A stretch of DNA of 61,482 nucleotides, filler included, from Sphacelaria rigidula (Eukaryota): assembly GCA_964200075.2 (NCBI GenBank). It is 4 parts of 4 records of this genome, joined end to end, with 100 filler letters (N's around TTAATTAATTAA, not from the genome) between each part and the next. Parts side by side here need not be neighbours in the genome. Positions count along the whole stretch, not along the records: positions 1 to 15,300 come from CAXNAA020001812.1; positions 15,401 to 30,697 come from CAXNAA020001813.1; 2 more parts are not named here. One strand, given 5' to 3'. Each line of letters opens with the position of its first letter. The first letter of the stretch is position 1. Under the pieces are notes generated by a model that worked only from the letters and a program-made list of their open reading frames with translations, searched no databases and was not told where the DNA came from. Shown here piece by piece: positions 13,401 to 24,639 of the stretch. Made by a program: the position numbers and the translations under genes.

Positions 13401-14195
13401 GCGGGGTACCAGCATAGTAAGAATGGGGGCAACTCTGCCCCTGCCGTATGCGCAGCAGAATCCAGTGCACCCCCCTCAAACATCCTGTTCACTCTCGCGC
13501 GGAAAGCCCGCCGAGACATAACGGGTACGCGAACAGAGCGTCCAAGAGGTGAGCAGGACGTGCTGTGTGGACATTTGGTCAAGGTATTGTTATACCCGAA
13601 TGTCGAGGCGGTGGCAGAAGCCGCAAGAGCCTTTGGCAATTTCTCACGAGACCATGATTGCCGACAAGCAATGGCCCGACGTCGGGCGGACGAGGTGCTT
13701 GTAGTACTCCTAAGCCATGCTCATCGAGAAACCGTTTTTGCTGCCGCCGGCGCTTTGGTAAACGTCATGATCTCTGCATCCACCAAGGCTCTACTTTGTC
13801 GTGAGAGTGTCGGAGCCGGTGAGAAGCTGGCACGACTGGTTCGTCAAGCTGGGTTGACGGACCCGGGTATGGCAGAAGTTGCGTGTCAAGCTCTGCATAA
13901 TTTGTTGATTGAGCCTTTACCGCCTGGAGGGGTGGAACAAGTCCTTGGTGGGGCAGCGAATCGAAGCCAGCTTTATTGGACCCTACAGGAACTTACGGAG
14001 GCTGCTTTGTCTTGCTATGATTCTCTGAACTCGCATCGGGTCGATGACGAGGCTTTGTCATCCATGGGGCAGGAGGCGAATCAGAGAGGTGGGGTGGTCC
14101 GAGGGTTCGCTGCCGCAGCGGCTGCTGTTCTGAAAGCTGTGGGTGCTTTAGACACCACAGATGGGTGTCGCGACTCTACCTATGATGGGCTTTGA
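10443..14195 (+). CDS. ARMC2: Armadillo repeat-containing protein 2-like (ciliary ARM protein, PF27/ARMC2 family), single-exon ORF of 1250 aa
   Basis: Uninterrupted 3753-nt ORF. ARM-repeat segments recognised as ARMC2-like: VVLNAARTIAKLSL, VRLAFALGNLT, LVKITRLLANISINRDVG, EELLLNIVSLVTNLSFY, EAVAEAARAFGNFSR, LLSHAHRETVFAAAGALVNV. Low-complexity N-terminus. Confidence 0.85.
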   Translation: MDDGTLLRVSGLRSTKSLFGDAACWVNRTSTDDPARSERTLARESFDSVHAVSIRRATKGRTSLRRRHHEVAFKSTSKWEDSIVLGARDQGRSRHAAAQNSGGIVGLRLSAAGAWDSDPCTPISSTGRKCIPSSHTHGGTSLVTSAIGGGHVSGCTTKAEKQPRMLRDSRSSGGNLQSSVMRPSAEENDQRPRGGKAKKPDGDYGGLYFSDDDLDTSEWDIDSGVVIDTPPHNSGTQLTLVKREFGKTEGSRLSDILEAIKIETRKTGCGRVRATNFEISSRADPDGRRQGRDESPDPGISESERERNIKLSELLHLLSSLLDPTIREVSKENVSVNGYRHVFTDHAVEQDELDTRRSRIHKPATGTTKEAEVVSDQCYSRVVDVLLEVMQRPRRAVDASPPRIAEMPGLIAASITLRLILPSIWPGCVGNDPVGYGDHRNVTGGNIKTFSLLEKVCRFVFDASSRSGADEAFFASGVAKGLLTFINQATPRFTETSSKLQENGRAKYSDTSDGAVVIRGCSQDGKSEGPTHASVCDALTFTLGCLKNISATRCLQERLVRGGAVWSLCELIRSTRDAYRRLDRICDVKSLSPSGGDVAHVKTNMTTWMPTSKPTTAYCNSDSAGTDGARRTSSITTSWRNHVIPLLAQSTALLRDLAAAKVNHENFRTAGAVGVLCSILPLYRHHPEVVLNAARTIAKLSLQENMRREMNADPGHVRQLLGALVEQGCDLDKSWGGLENTGEVLVDSATVEAQCRQWDSNEKRIAACVRLAFALGNLTSSCDDNRQLIGCSLGGVESLPALLQSSARAHLAAWDCLMWADNSDTRVSDDPAGTLDWSSRRRETDMVFQESRRQKIWRACDGLEEMLVKITRLLANISINRDVGQRVCRHSGLTTVEPLLAKCLDVFALVEDGILLPYGKQRLQSARYRSDWNRGRVETEHAEQFTPGEELLLNIVSLVTNLSFYGPEPGNLTAASTDGVDEVSVRAGYQHSKNGGNSAPAVCAAESSAPPSNILFTLARKARRDITGTRTERPRGEQDVLCGHLVKVLLYPNVEAVAEAARAFGNFSRDHDCRQAMARRRADEVLVVLLSHAHRETVFAAAGALVNVMISASTKALLCRESVGAGEKLARLVRQAGLTDPGMAEVACQALHNLLIEPLPPGGVEQVLGGAANRSQLYWTLQELTEAALSCYDSLNSHRVDDEALSSMGQEANQRGGVVRGFAAAAAAVLKAVGALDTTDGCRDSTYDGL

Positions 14196-14980
14196 TTGTC
14201 GCAAATGACACGTTTGGGACTGGAGAAACGTCACCAACAACAGGAACCAAAAGTGAACTAAGGGTATCACACACGGTGCTTGTCTCTCGTGAGCCGATAC
14301 TTTGGCACTCAGTCCCATTGCCAGGCGTCAAACTTGGAAGTTTCATCCAAGAATACCGGTCTTCCGTCATCTGAGGACTAACACTGGAATGTTGCAGTTG
14401 ATGGGAAGCAGGCTCCCCATCAGCGGTTACTACTGTTTCCTTCAAGTCCCATTTTCATTCTAACGATGAATTCTTTGCAACAGCTGCAACAGGCAGAGCA
14501 CTGTTAAAACATAAAACCAAAATCTCATCGTCTCGGCGTTACAGGCACCACGTGTGTATCCGTCTTTGCGAACGATAGGGCTAAACAATTTCAAACCGTA
14601 CATATGTCATCAAGCTCAGCAAGAACGTTCTCCGGAATGGTCTGTTACTCTGCTCAATCGTGCTTAGCAGGACGCTCGAAGCCAGCGTTCCCCACGGCCT
14701 TCGTGTGGCGTAGTCTATTTCAGTATTCTCAAAAGCGGCACCAAAATACAACCTCGTCGATGACTCTTTGAGTCAGTACCCGCCACACGTGTGAGACTCC
14801 ATGGCCACGGAAGCTAGACATGAAAAGTCCTCAGAATGTACAGGAAGATTTTGGTACATTTCGATTGCACTTTTGTCGTGTGCAGCAACGCCTACCGCTG
14901 CCGCTGCTGTCATGGAGACCTTGAACATAACCTGACCTACCAACAGCCCAGCCGGGAACCAAACGGGCAACACAAACTTG

Positions 14981-15199
14981 CCACTCTTGACGCAGCATAC
15001 CGCATGCGTTTTCGACAAACTGACGGAAAATGAATGTCTCGCCACTTTTAACATAGCACACCGCACTCGTTTTCGACAAACTGGCAGGAACGAAAACTCC
15101 CGCTCTCAATATAGCATATCGGATGCATTTTCACAAAGTCGCAAGGAAAACGCCCACTCTTCACATAGCACATCGCGCACGCGTTTTAGACAAACTGTG

Positions 15200-15200
<1 letters not shown>
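14981..15200. repeat. Degenerate minisatellite, four units of ~55-61 bp, running into a poly-C scaffold end
   Basis: Units begin ccactcttgac (14981), ccacttttaac (~15042), ccgctctcaat (~15099), ccactcttcac (~15154). They share a ca(t/c)agcayaycgc...cgttttcgacaaactg core. Confidence 0.7.
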
Positions 15201-15250
<50 letters not shown>

Positions 15251-15300
15251 TTTCCTTCCCCTCCCCCACACACACCACCCCCACCCCCCCCGCCCCCCCC

Positions 15301-15400
15301 NNNNNNNNNNNNNNNNNNNNNNNNNNNNNNNNNNNNNNNNNNNNTTAATTAATTAANNNNNNNNNNNNNNNNNNNNNNNNNNNNNNNNNNNNNNNNNNNN
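15301..15400. other. Artificial scaffold spacer (N44-TTAATTAATTAA-N44)
   Basis: 100-bp N block containing a six-frame stop linker. The same linker is at 30698-30797 and 46092-46191. Confidence 0.97.
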
Positions 15401-17771
15401 CGTTTCTGGCCATTTTTCGTACCTTCCTTAGGCAAAGAACCAGAAGGTATACCTTTTCTAGGCCATTGCCCAAATTAAATTGTACAGATACCAGGGACCG
15501 CATAGCCGGGATGTTCCTTGTCCATCACGCGTACGGGTGATGGCTGCTACTACACAAGTCGTATAGGGTAGGGTTGCTGTCTCGACAGCCTCACAGAATC
15601 ACACAAGTCTATGCTACACTGACCGACCGTTGGACAGATGCAAGAGTGCACAGCATATCCTTTTGGTACGTCATGTGCGATATCTTGGGGCTGCTGAGAT
15701 GCATAAACTGTCGTTTCGGGTACGGAAGCTTCACGATCACTGAGAGTCTTGGATGTATGCGGCGACTAGTACCTGTGAGGGCCTGAGCTAGGTGCGGCGC
15801 TGCAACGGGGCGCCGAATTTCAAGTAATGTTGCCGAATTTCAAGTCATATCGCCGCCCAGCGGCGGGAAATGTTTCACCCTAGATAATGCAACATACTTC
15901 AACACTTATGTGCAACATCGATACCTCATAACAAGAAAAGATAACGTTGCCGCCTAAATTGCGTGTGTTCTCGTTGGGGATAGTGTAGCGGCAATGTATA
16001 TTGCTCATGTCATCGCCGTATATCCAATATATGCAGTATAGTTGGTATGGTTCTCCGGTGCGTCTATCATGTGACCACGGCTGCATCCCTGGGGGATCAG
16101 TTAAAGTGCTACGATCAACCAATCAACCAATCAATGGTGTCCATCCTATAATACTCCTGGATATATCGGCAGGTTAGTATATTCCGAGTCAATGGACGCA
16201 CGACATATTGTTACTTCGTATGAAACATGTATCGAACAAGAACATACCAAACGTGTTGTCTTCCAATCATGTCTTGGGCACGCTCATCGCTTAGGTATTG
16301 TATGGCCGATGCGAATCGAGCACGTTCGCGAACGTAAATATTGAATGATTTTCAAGCGTTTCTTCGCATTTTCTTTTTCAATCGAAAAAAAAAGGACGGT
16401 GGAATTGATTTGAGCGAAATTCGCTCACTTTTTTAGTTGGGTTCATGCGACTTTTCAAGCTTTGCGTCGAAAATAGTCAGTGAAATTCGTGAAGCGGTAC
16501 ATGGTCGTTTGTGTACAGTACAGACAGTCTGTACTGTCTACACTGTTTGCATGCAGTATGTCTTGAGTGTATGTGTGCGTGTTTCGTACAGTAAGATGTG
16601 GAAGAGAAGCGGGCAACGTACAGTACAGACAGCGCAGGACTATATGTTCTCTCTGCTTACAATGCGACGTGAAAAGGGCTTGGACAGCGTGCAGCTTTGT
16701 ACTGTCTCCACTGTCCATTAGCGTGTACGCAAGTCGTTTGCCCGCCCTACCACGCAGTTTCGTCGCTGATCCTTACCATGAAAGAAGATGCTCACATTGT
16801 TGCCAACAAAAAAATAACAAAGCACACCCAACTACTGCAGTGTATCTATCCCTGCGCTCAACTCGTGCTCTTTGCTGCATGGTTGTGGTGGTAGCTGAGA
16901 ATGAGTTGTGCGGAGTTTGCATGGTTCTGTGCACCGGTGGTATCTGGCGTGGTGGTCTGTAAGATAGGAGTCAAGTGCCTCTTGCCTCTTGGTGCCTTTC
17001 GACCGCATGTTTAGGATCGAAAATGCTTAGCTTCACTGTTTTTTACTTCTTCTCCGCGCGCCACACTTCATAAAAAGCAGTTGGAACCAACTAGGAGTAG
17101 AAATGCGGTTGATCTATCAGATGAAAAAAAATGTTTTGCACCGCACTTTTTCGATCGACAACAAATGTGCTATGATACTCCCTTAGACCAACCTTGACGG
17201 CTGTCACCAATCTGGACTTTGTACGCAGATCAGGGAACCCAAAACCAGGAAACGCATTTTATGGGTCCGAATTTAGGCCAAATCGTGGAAGCGACAATCA
17301 GGACGTAATGATTCTAGAACAATTGGTTCCGATTTTTCGCAATAATCGGGGAAAGTTGAGGTCCCCCGATTTTGAGGAATTTGACTCACGTAAATTGACG
17401 TACGATGGTAGGATAAGATGCGTTTGGTATTTTGCAACCGCAGCAGCAGGCAGTCTCGTGACAGCCCATAGGGCGTGCCTGCTCGGATCAGCTGCTGGAG
17501 CAGCTTCGCGCGGGGTTTGTATTACCGTAGGGTACCACGGTACGACACTGTACTCGAAGGATTAATCACTGCCTGCCTGCTCTTCGGCTTCACTAATACG
17601 CGATACCACACTCTTGCAGGAAATTACCGTCCGTGTACAGAACTATTTCACAATCTGCGAAACTATAAAACGATTCTCATGGATCTGACTTTCTCAAATA
17701 TGATTGCCCCGATTTTGCATAGATTGGGGTCTCCACAGAATCGAGATTCGTTCCCAAAAAAGTTGGTCTTG

Positions 17772-18543
17772 GGTGGGTTCTTATCGAAGGTGATTAATCA
17801 CTTTTCGAGAAAATCACTAGTGAAATAAGATTGCCCCAACAACGACTGGTTTCGAGTCTTAACGACAAGCAGTTTTCTCAAGGTCGAAACCCAGATCTGC
17901 ACTCGGGTTCAGAAATGCGACGGCTCTAGAAGTGGCCATTACTCCAACATCTCTGCACTGCTGCAGACAAGATCTAGCAAGGCAACACAGCGCCTACACA
18001 CCGAGCCCCGAAAACCCACGCACAGACACCCACCACTCACGCGCATCAGCTCCGACGCTAGCTCTTGATCAAAACACGCGATAGTCTTTGTTTGACAAAA
18101 ACCCGTCCAGTATTGGATGAGAAGCGGCCGCGTGCGTGTCAAATTTCATTCGAAAACGTGCCGTTGCTGACTGTGTGCGTGTGCTGTGCGCGCACCTCGT
18201 GCAAATAATCAGTTCTCGCTGAATTCTAAACCGATATGAGCAAAGTCACGCACAACGTGCTCAGCTGATAAGTGGCTATGGATTGAGCTGTGTGTTTGGT
18301 TTGCGGGGCCGATGCGATCCTCGGGTTCACGTTTGAGTGTGTTGAGTTGTCTGTCAAGCCCTTGCTTATGCCCCTGACAACGGAACACTTTATATTCCCA
18401 TTCGAGGCGCCACAAACTCACTTTTGCAAGAGTGATTTTGTGGCACGTTCGTGCGGGGGTGGTGTCGCGATAATCAGTTATCGATCGTTGTTTCCCAAAG
18501 CGATTTTTTAAAAAGTGATGATCAATTCCGATAAGAACCCGCC
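17772..18543. mobile_element. Degenerate TIR element (possibly PIF/Harbinger-like MITE)
   Basis: ggtgggttcttatcgaaggtgattaatcacttttcgagaaaatc is an imperfect reverse complement of gcgattttttaaaaagtgatgatcaattccgataagaacccgcc. Flanks ttg/tta resemble a TWA TSD. Confidence 0.5.
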
Positions 18544-18630
18544 TTAGCATGTGCGAATGCAAGATTGAATGGCGCCGAAAAACCTAGAAGTGCACACTAT
18601 GTGAGTTTCTACACGATTTACAAGGTACAT

Positions 18631-19435
18631 TAGAGTTGTGAACTGGTTTGGCTAATCAGTTAACTGGTTGCACAAAATTATAACCAGTTACAGTCACCAG
18701 TTAAAACTGGATAACTGGCGGCGAAGCCGCCCCGCGACTCCACCAGCGTTGCAAGGCAACGCGGCGGAGTCACCTAAACGCCCCCCCCCCCCCCCCCCCC
18801 CCCCCGCCGCCCCCCGCCCGCGCCGGCGGGGGGGGGGGGAGAACCAAAGCGGGGTGGCCCACNNNNNNNNNNGAGGTTGCGGGGCGCGCCGCGCCCCCCC
18901 CCCCCCGGTTTCTAGGCGCCCGGGGGGGGCCGCCCAAATCCCCCCCCCCCCCCCCCCGGCTGGTGAGGGCCCCGCTGCAGGCGCTGCGGAGGGAAGAAAA
19001 TTACGCCATGTGGCTTCACATCTCATCGATTATGCGCGGTAAATTCTAGCTGCCTAGCGCCAGCAATCCAAGCACGTGATCAATGCACAAAAGTAGATGT
19101 GCATGCATGGAAAAAAATAAGTGTCTCTGGACTTTACGACGTGAATTAAAAAACGAAGCGGTCAGACAGTAGTGCACCATACATAACGTCTAGGTACATG
19201 CGCTGTGCGGTCATGTCGCCTTCGTAACGTAACAGCATCCGCACGGTCACTGTAATACGACAATACTTTGGAAATATTGATATGAGTATGACACATATTT
19301 ACACAGAACGCTTTGGAGTATGACAAATATGTCGGGTAAAATATTTGGTTCAACTGGTTACGAGACCGGTCAGTTAACCGTTGTACCATTTGACTGTAAC
19401 TGACCAGTTAAACTGACAGCCAGTTCACAACTCTA
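18631..19435. mobile_element. Non-autonomous TIR transposon (hAT-like ends) with subterminal CAGTTA/TAACTG repeats
   Basis: Perfect 16-bp TIR TAGAGTTGTGAACTGG / CCAGTTCACAACTCTA, with multiple (C)CAGTTA/TAACTG motifs at both ends. The candidate 8-bp TSD is degenerate (aggtacat/atatacag). GC-homopolymer core with a gap. Confidence 0.7.
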
Positions 19436-19740
19436 ATATACAGATATATTATCTTGAAATGTGAAACGTAAAGTGCAAGTTTGCACAAAAAACAAAATTC
19501 GTACCACTGACTGTCTTCCGTTGGTGCATCAAGTTTTCAGGTGTTCCTCGTGTAAAGTCTACTTCTTGTAAGGCCGCCAACACAGTAGAAATGAAAGCGT
19601 TTTTTCGCGAAATGGCGTGTTATCCCCCGGCGGCCCCTGTGGGGGGCTCGTTGCCGCCTCCCGCTGCGCGCCGACCTGGCCAAAGGCCTATTTCAAACGC
19701 TGGTACGCACATCAATCTTGCCGTGGTCGAACCTCTACAG

Positions 19741-22700
19741 GTAGCTACTGATTCCAGGCTACGCTTTTTTGGTAATGTACGTCTAGGGCAAGAAATTTCT
19801 GCAGCGGAACTGTCGAGTCTGTACGACATTGTGGTGCTAGCTTACGGCGCTGCTGGCGATAGGACGCTAAGGGTGCCAGGGGCGGGATTGAACGGGGTGT
19901 TTTCGGCCAGGGATTTCGTCAATTGGTGAGATACGCAGTAGACCGATACTTTGCTTCATGATGCTTCCTTGCTAGATCGAGGTAGTTTGCCACTATTTGT
20001 ATCTCGATTTGTCCACACTCACGTGAGTATCAACGCCAAATATGCCCGCTGAACCATAGCGGCGATAACACCACCCAAAGGAGAGGTGTGTACGTGCCTC
20101 CAGATCGGCAGCGTGACATCATTCCGCCTCGATAGTAGCATAAAGCATATAGCTCCATGAGTAGTGTTCGACTGTGCAGTCGCGGCGTGACCAATAAAGT
20201 ACTGCATTCTCCTTTCCAGGTACAACGGTCACCCTGATTTCGCACACCTGTCCACGGACTTCCGCACAGCCCTGGCTTCGACCGATACGGTGGCGATCGT
20301 CGGGGTAGGCAATGTGGCGCTCGACTGCGCTCGTATACTCGCCAAGGGTGAGGCCCACACGCAAACACACATGTCAGCTCATAGCATCTATCCACGAAGC
20401 AGTATAAACTTTTATGAAGGAACAATACAAAATACCCCAACCAACGAGTGAGTGACGGTGAGTGACGTTGAGTGGCTGACCATTCACATCGCTGTATCTC
20501 TACCCGGAGCCTTTTTGACATTTGGCGTACCGTATGCTCCACTGCGCTTCCAGGGGTTGATGCTCTCCGAAACACAGATATTTGCGAGCACGCTCTGGAC
20601 GTGTTGACGTCGGCTGACGCTAATTTGCGGCGGGTTGTAGTGCTCGGACGTCGTGGGCACGTGCAAGCATCGTTCACTATAAAGGTGGGCTTTCGGGCAC
20701 CGTACATTGCATAGGCGTGGACATACAGCACACGGTATGGTGCGATCAGATTCGTAGTCAAGATGTTGCGACAAGAGTTCAGCGTCTTGAGTCACTACGC
20801 AGGTTCACGTGTGTCACGTGCATCCAAAAGAATATGCGTACATGTCGTTACAGCTTCTTCTGTACAGTCGTGATCTTGTGTCCAACTTCGCTCTGGATAA
20901 CTCATCGTCCCCACCAACCCACCAGCCGCGAAGTAACTCCTTCTGATTAGGACGATTTTTCGTCGTATTGAAACGACGATTTATCTTGCACTACAACGCC
21001 GATCTCCCATGCATCCTTCATCTCCTCAGGAACTTCGTGAGCTCACGAAACTGGACGGGGTAGGTTGCATTGTGAGGCCCGACGAGCTGGAGAAGGGGCG
21101 AACACCGGCCAGTCTCGATGTGCTCAAGACGACTCGTGCGAAGACTCGAATCGACGCCCTGTTGACGAAGGTGACTGCTGTACTAAACCGGCGTTACGTG
21201 TCGTTGTATCGAGCTGTAGATACCCGTTCATGATACAGTGCAACGTGAATTGCGCCCGATGATACCATTCGATTTTCGTTGTACGTGGAGCTCTGGGGGC
21301 ATTTCAAAGGGACACGAAAAACGTCGGTTCACACCATTCGCGGTGCTTCACTCGGCTAATGTCACAGCTTCATCACGGTTATACGATGTGTACGTAGAAG
21401 GAGCGACTTTTTTCTCTTATTTTCATTCGCGCCTATGTTGGGGCTAGTATAAAGGGCGGAATAGGCATCCCCTTCATGAACGTGGTCTCTGAGTCACCCG
21501 AAGATTCCGATTTATATGACCATTCCATTTTACTGTTCGTATTCCCCCGCAGATGGCGGAGGAATCGAAGAATGTGCCTGCAGACGCGAAATCAATCCTG
21601 CTGCGCTTTCTCGTTGGGCCGTCAGAAATTGTTCCAAGCGACATTTCGCCAGACAGGTAGGCTGCTTGTCATGCATTGTTGAATCGTACTCCCGACGCTG
21701 TAGAGACTCGAGAACAAGGCCATCATTGCCTGCTGTAGGAACTTTCCTTGCTGCTCATCGTCGTGCTGGAGCCCACCGTGCACCTTTTGTCGCGCCTGCT
21801 CTGCTGCCAGGGTGGGTGGAATCTGCGTAGCACGCAATGTACTCGAAGTCGACCCAGCCACAGGTTCGGAATGCGCCGTCGTGTCGGGCGAGGAGACTGA
21901 ATTAATCAAGTGCGGCATGGTTTTAGGGTCTATCGGATATCGATGTCTACCGGTGGAGGGCGTGCCGTATGATGACCAAAATTCTGTCATCATGAACGAA
22001 GGGTGCGTGCAGTGATCGCCTTTTTTGTTCATGTCCGCGTGTGCCGTTTGCCACACCGCCAGTTGCTACGAGCAGGAAGACAGCATTTTCGCCCTGTTCC
22101 CTGTGTCTGTGTCTGTGTCTGTGTCGGCGTGGTGGTCTTGCGGAGAAGCTTGAAATAGAGTCTTCCGTCCGTGTTCGTGCTTGCAGGGGAAGAGTGTCGG
22201 GCAAGGCGGGAGTATACTGCAGCGGGTGGGCGAGGCGTGGACCCAGCGGCATCATTGGCACCAATATCTCGGACGCGAGGTCTGTGGTGGCTGCAATCGT
22301 CCGAGACGTTAGGTAAGATATCAACTGAGGACTTTGGGCAACAGCCGTGCAACTGAAGAAGGGGCGGGGCTTCTCTGGAGTTGGATAGAAGCTGAAATAT
22401 ATCACATTTCGCGCATGATGATCAAATTATCGCACTGAAGTCATCACTGCTGGGCTTCGCTGTTGTGGGCTTGTGTGTTGCTTGAGATATGTATCTTTGG
22501 AAGAGGCTCTGAGCATCATGCGTATATATCAAGTGAAACAGGAGTTGATTTGAGCGATGCGACTTTCTCCGCCCCGTCCTGCGTGTGCCACGCCCTAGAG
22601 AGCGACATCAGCCGTCCGACCGTTATATATCATGTTTGCAACTGTTTCCCGCCATTTACGACAACAATGCGTATCCCGTGCTATTTCTCTATTATCTTCA

Positions 22701-22980
22701 CAAACGCAGCGAGGGGCTAGTGGTTCCGAATGACAGAGCTGAAGGCCGACAGGGTCTCTTGCGACTTTTGGGGGCGGAGCCGACGTCATATGGGACGTCC
22801 CCAACAGCAGAGACGATGGATTCAGCGCGAAAATCAGTACGGGTAGTTGAATGGGATGGATACAAGCGTATAGATCGACATGAAGTAGCGCATGGATTGC
22901 TGAAGGGGAAGCCAAGAGAGAAGCTGGTGGAAGTCAAGAAGATGTTGGACATAGCTGATGAGGAAGACTGTGCTTTGTAG
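19741..22980 (+). CDS. FDXR: NADPH:adrenodoxin oxidoreductase (mitochondrial ferredoxin reductase), 5'-partial. Exons 19741-19925, 20220-20347, 20554-20684, 21030-21170, 21553-21656, 21811-22002, 22187-22312, 22710-22980
   Basis: Eight exons splice in phase at GT-AG. They give family motifs RFFGNVRLG, VVLAYGA, GVFSARDFVNWYNGHPD, VAIVGVGNVALDCARIL (NADP-binding GxGxxA), VLGRRGHVQASFTIKELREL, LGSIGYR, GVYCSGWARRGPSGIIGTN and KGKPREKL. I did not find the N-terminal FAD-binding exons on this scaffold. Confidence 0.93.
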
Positions 22981-23436
22981 GGTCGTCATTCGTTTGTCGA
23001 CACACGTGCCGCCTCTTAAATACGGTTGCATTCCTGATGGCGTGTCAACTATTTGTACGAAGAAGGATAACAAAGACAATATTTGCACTATATGACTGTG
23101 CAAGTCAGGTTCCAATGCTCCCTCCTCCCTTTCTGTTCACGTCGGCGCGTTGGTAGGCGCACCCTCCTACCGGTCAATAATATCACCGTTTTTAGGTCGG
23201 TACCGTGTGATGGCTTCGGCATGGAACTCCAAACAAAAAATGTCGCAAATCTTGTTCAAACAGAGGTTGGTGCAGAACGACTGACCAAAAACCCTAGCAG
23301 CGTCAAATTCTTACATGGGAGGCGAAGCTTGGCTCCATAACATCCACAACGGCAGTCTCAATTTGCGACAAACATCGTCCAGACCACTACGATCGGAGGC
23401 ATGGTACAATCAATCCGTCCAGCCTCCATATTTACG

Positions 23437-24639
23437 CTACATATCTCTTTGCCCGTGTGCTGCTTGAGATGCCGGCGCCGGAGCTGCCACAGCTTGCTCG
23501 AGCTGCTCTAGCTTCTGCAGGGTAAGACTCTTGACTGGCATGAGCTTGGGCTTGCAAAGCACCTGAGGGTTTATGTAGAATATAGTTCAGTACGGAAACA
23601 GGGGTAGAACAACCGCCATGGCTGGTATTTCAGCATCGATTTCATCACAAAGGGGAGCAGACAAACGCAATGCTGAAGTTTGTGTCATGATGATACAGTG
23701 TCGATTTTTACTTTAAACGCGGTGAAGCTGTTTTTCGATGCAAGAGATGAAGCCCAGGACGCGGTATATAGTATGACACATGGTGCTCTCAGAAAATCGA
23801 GAATAAAAGTATCTGGATACCTTGGGTGTTGTGCTACTGAACTGACTGGCGCACCAGACAGCGTTCGGTACTGCGCAAGAAAGAGCTGGAAACTCCGACT
23901 AAATAAAAAAAAAGTACAAACTTGGCTGCTGCTGCAGCGACAGAACTGGCGTTTGGTTTGACATCTTGGGCAGGCCGCCTTTCGGGGTAACATCGCCGGC
24001 TGACCTTCAACACCGGTAACCGAGCCGCTGTAGATAGCTGAGCAGCTCTTCTGTTGCGAAGATCACCCCCATTCACGGCACACCGTGTATTCTCAGGTTT
24101 CCCAATACTGCTGCGGCCCTCTCATGAAAAACGAGGTTGTGAAAAAGTCACGTTGAGATTTCCAGGAAAACAAGAAAGTACCTCAGGAACGAGCGCCATC
24201 TAGATTGAGTCCAATACAGCTGGCCTTTGGATCGGATTACAAACTCAGGTTGATTCTGATTTTCAGTTTATCATGAGCGGGCCGCTACTGCACCTGACTC
24301 ATGTATATTTGTTCAGAGTAAAAGCAATTGTTTTTCACATAATTCTAGCAGTTCATCTAGGTTCCATTTTTCCGGGGGGGTTGGCACCCCAATCGGTTGA
24401 CAGTCATCAATGAGTTAAAAAACAACCCATCATCAACTCATCAGCGTAGTGACCTACCGCACCGGATCTTTCGCCAGAGTCAAGAACTCAAACGGCGGGT
24501 GAGATAATCTTTTGGGACAAGTATCACCACACACCTCTCTTAAGCTGGCCTTCTCACTATACACTAGTCCATTTCTCGGGAGGACCTCCGAAATTGTATT
24601 GGACTCTATCTTTGCTTCGCCTCGAGGTAGGGAGTCCAT
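23437..24639 (-). CDS. BBIP1: BBSome-interacting protein 1 (BBIP10/BBS18), 76 aa. Exons 24639-24535 and 23562-23437
   Basis: The spliced translation MDSLPRGEAKIESNTISEVLPRNGLVYSEKASLRE|VLCKPKLMPVKSLTLQKLEQLEQAVAAPAPASQAAHGQRDM* matches the BBIP1 signature EVLPxxG...VLCKPKLxPxKSxTLxKLE. Phase-0 intron GAG|gtgtgt ... ctcag|GTG. Confidence 0.9.
24112..24286. repeat. Small inverted-repeat (MITE-like) element in the BBIP1 intron
   Basis: gcggccctctcatgaaaaac ... gtttatcatgagcgggccgc form a 20-bp imperfect IR. Confidence 0.45.

Noticed and set aside
14981..15200. CRISPR-like periodic repeat
   Set aside because: The units are degenerate along their whole length, there are no unique spacers or cas genes, and the context is eukaryotic. 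It is a minisatellite.
15345..15356. TTAATTAATTAA motif recurring about every 15.4 kb
   Set aside because: Synthetic six-frame-stop linker inside N spacers, not biological periodicity.
18668..19042. Poly-Pro/poly-Gly ORFs from C/G homopolymers (also ~10040, 15200, 26520)
   Set aside because: Translations of low-quality homopolymer tracts beside gaps.
624..24639. Apparent ciliary gene cluster (IQ protein, ARMC2, BBIP1)
   Set aside because: BBIP1 is on a different, unlinked scaffold, and a ciliary role for the IQ protein is unproven.
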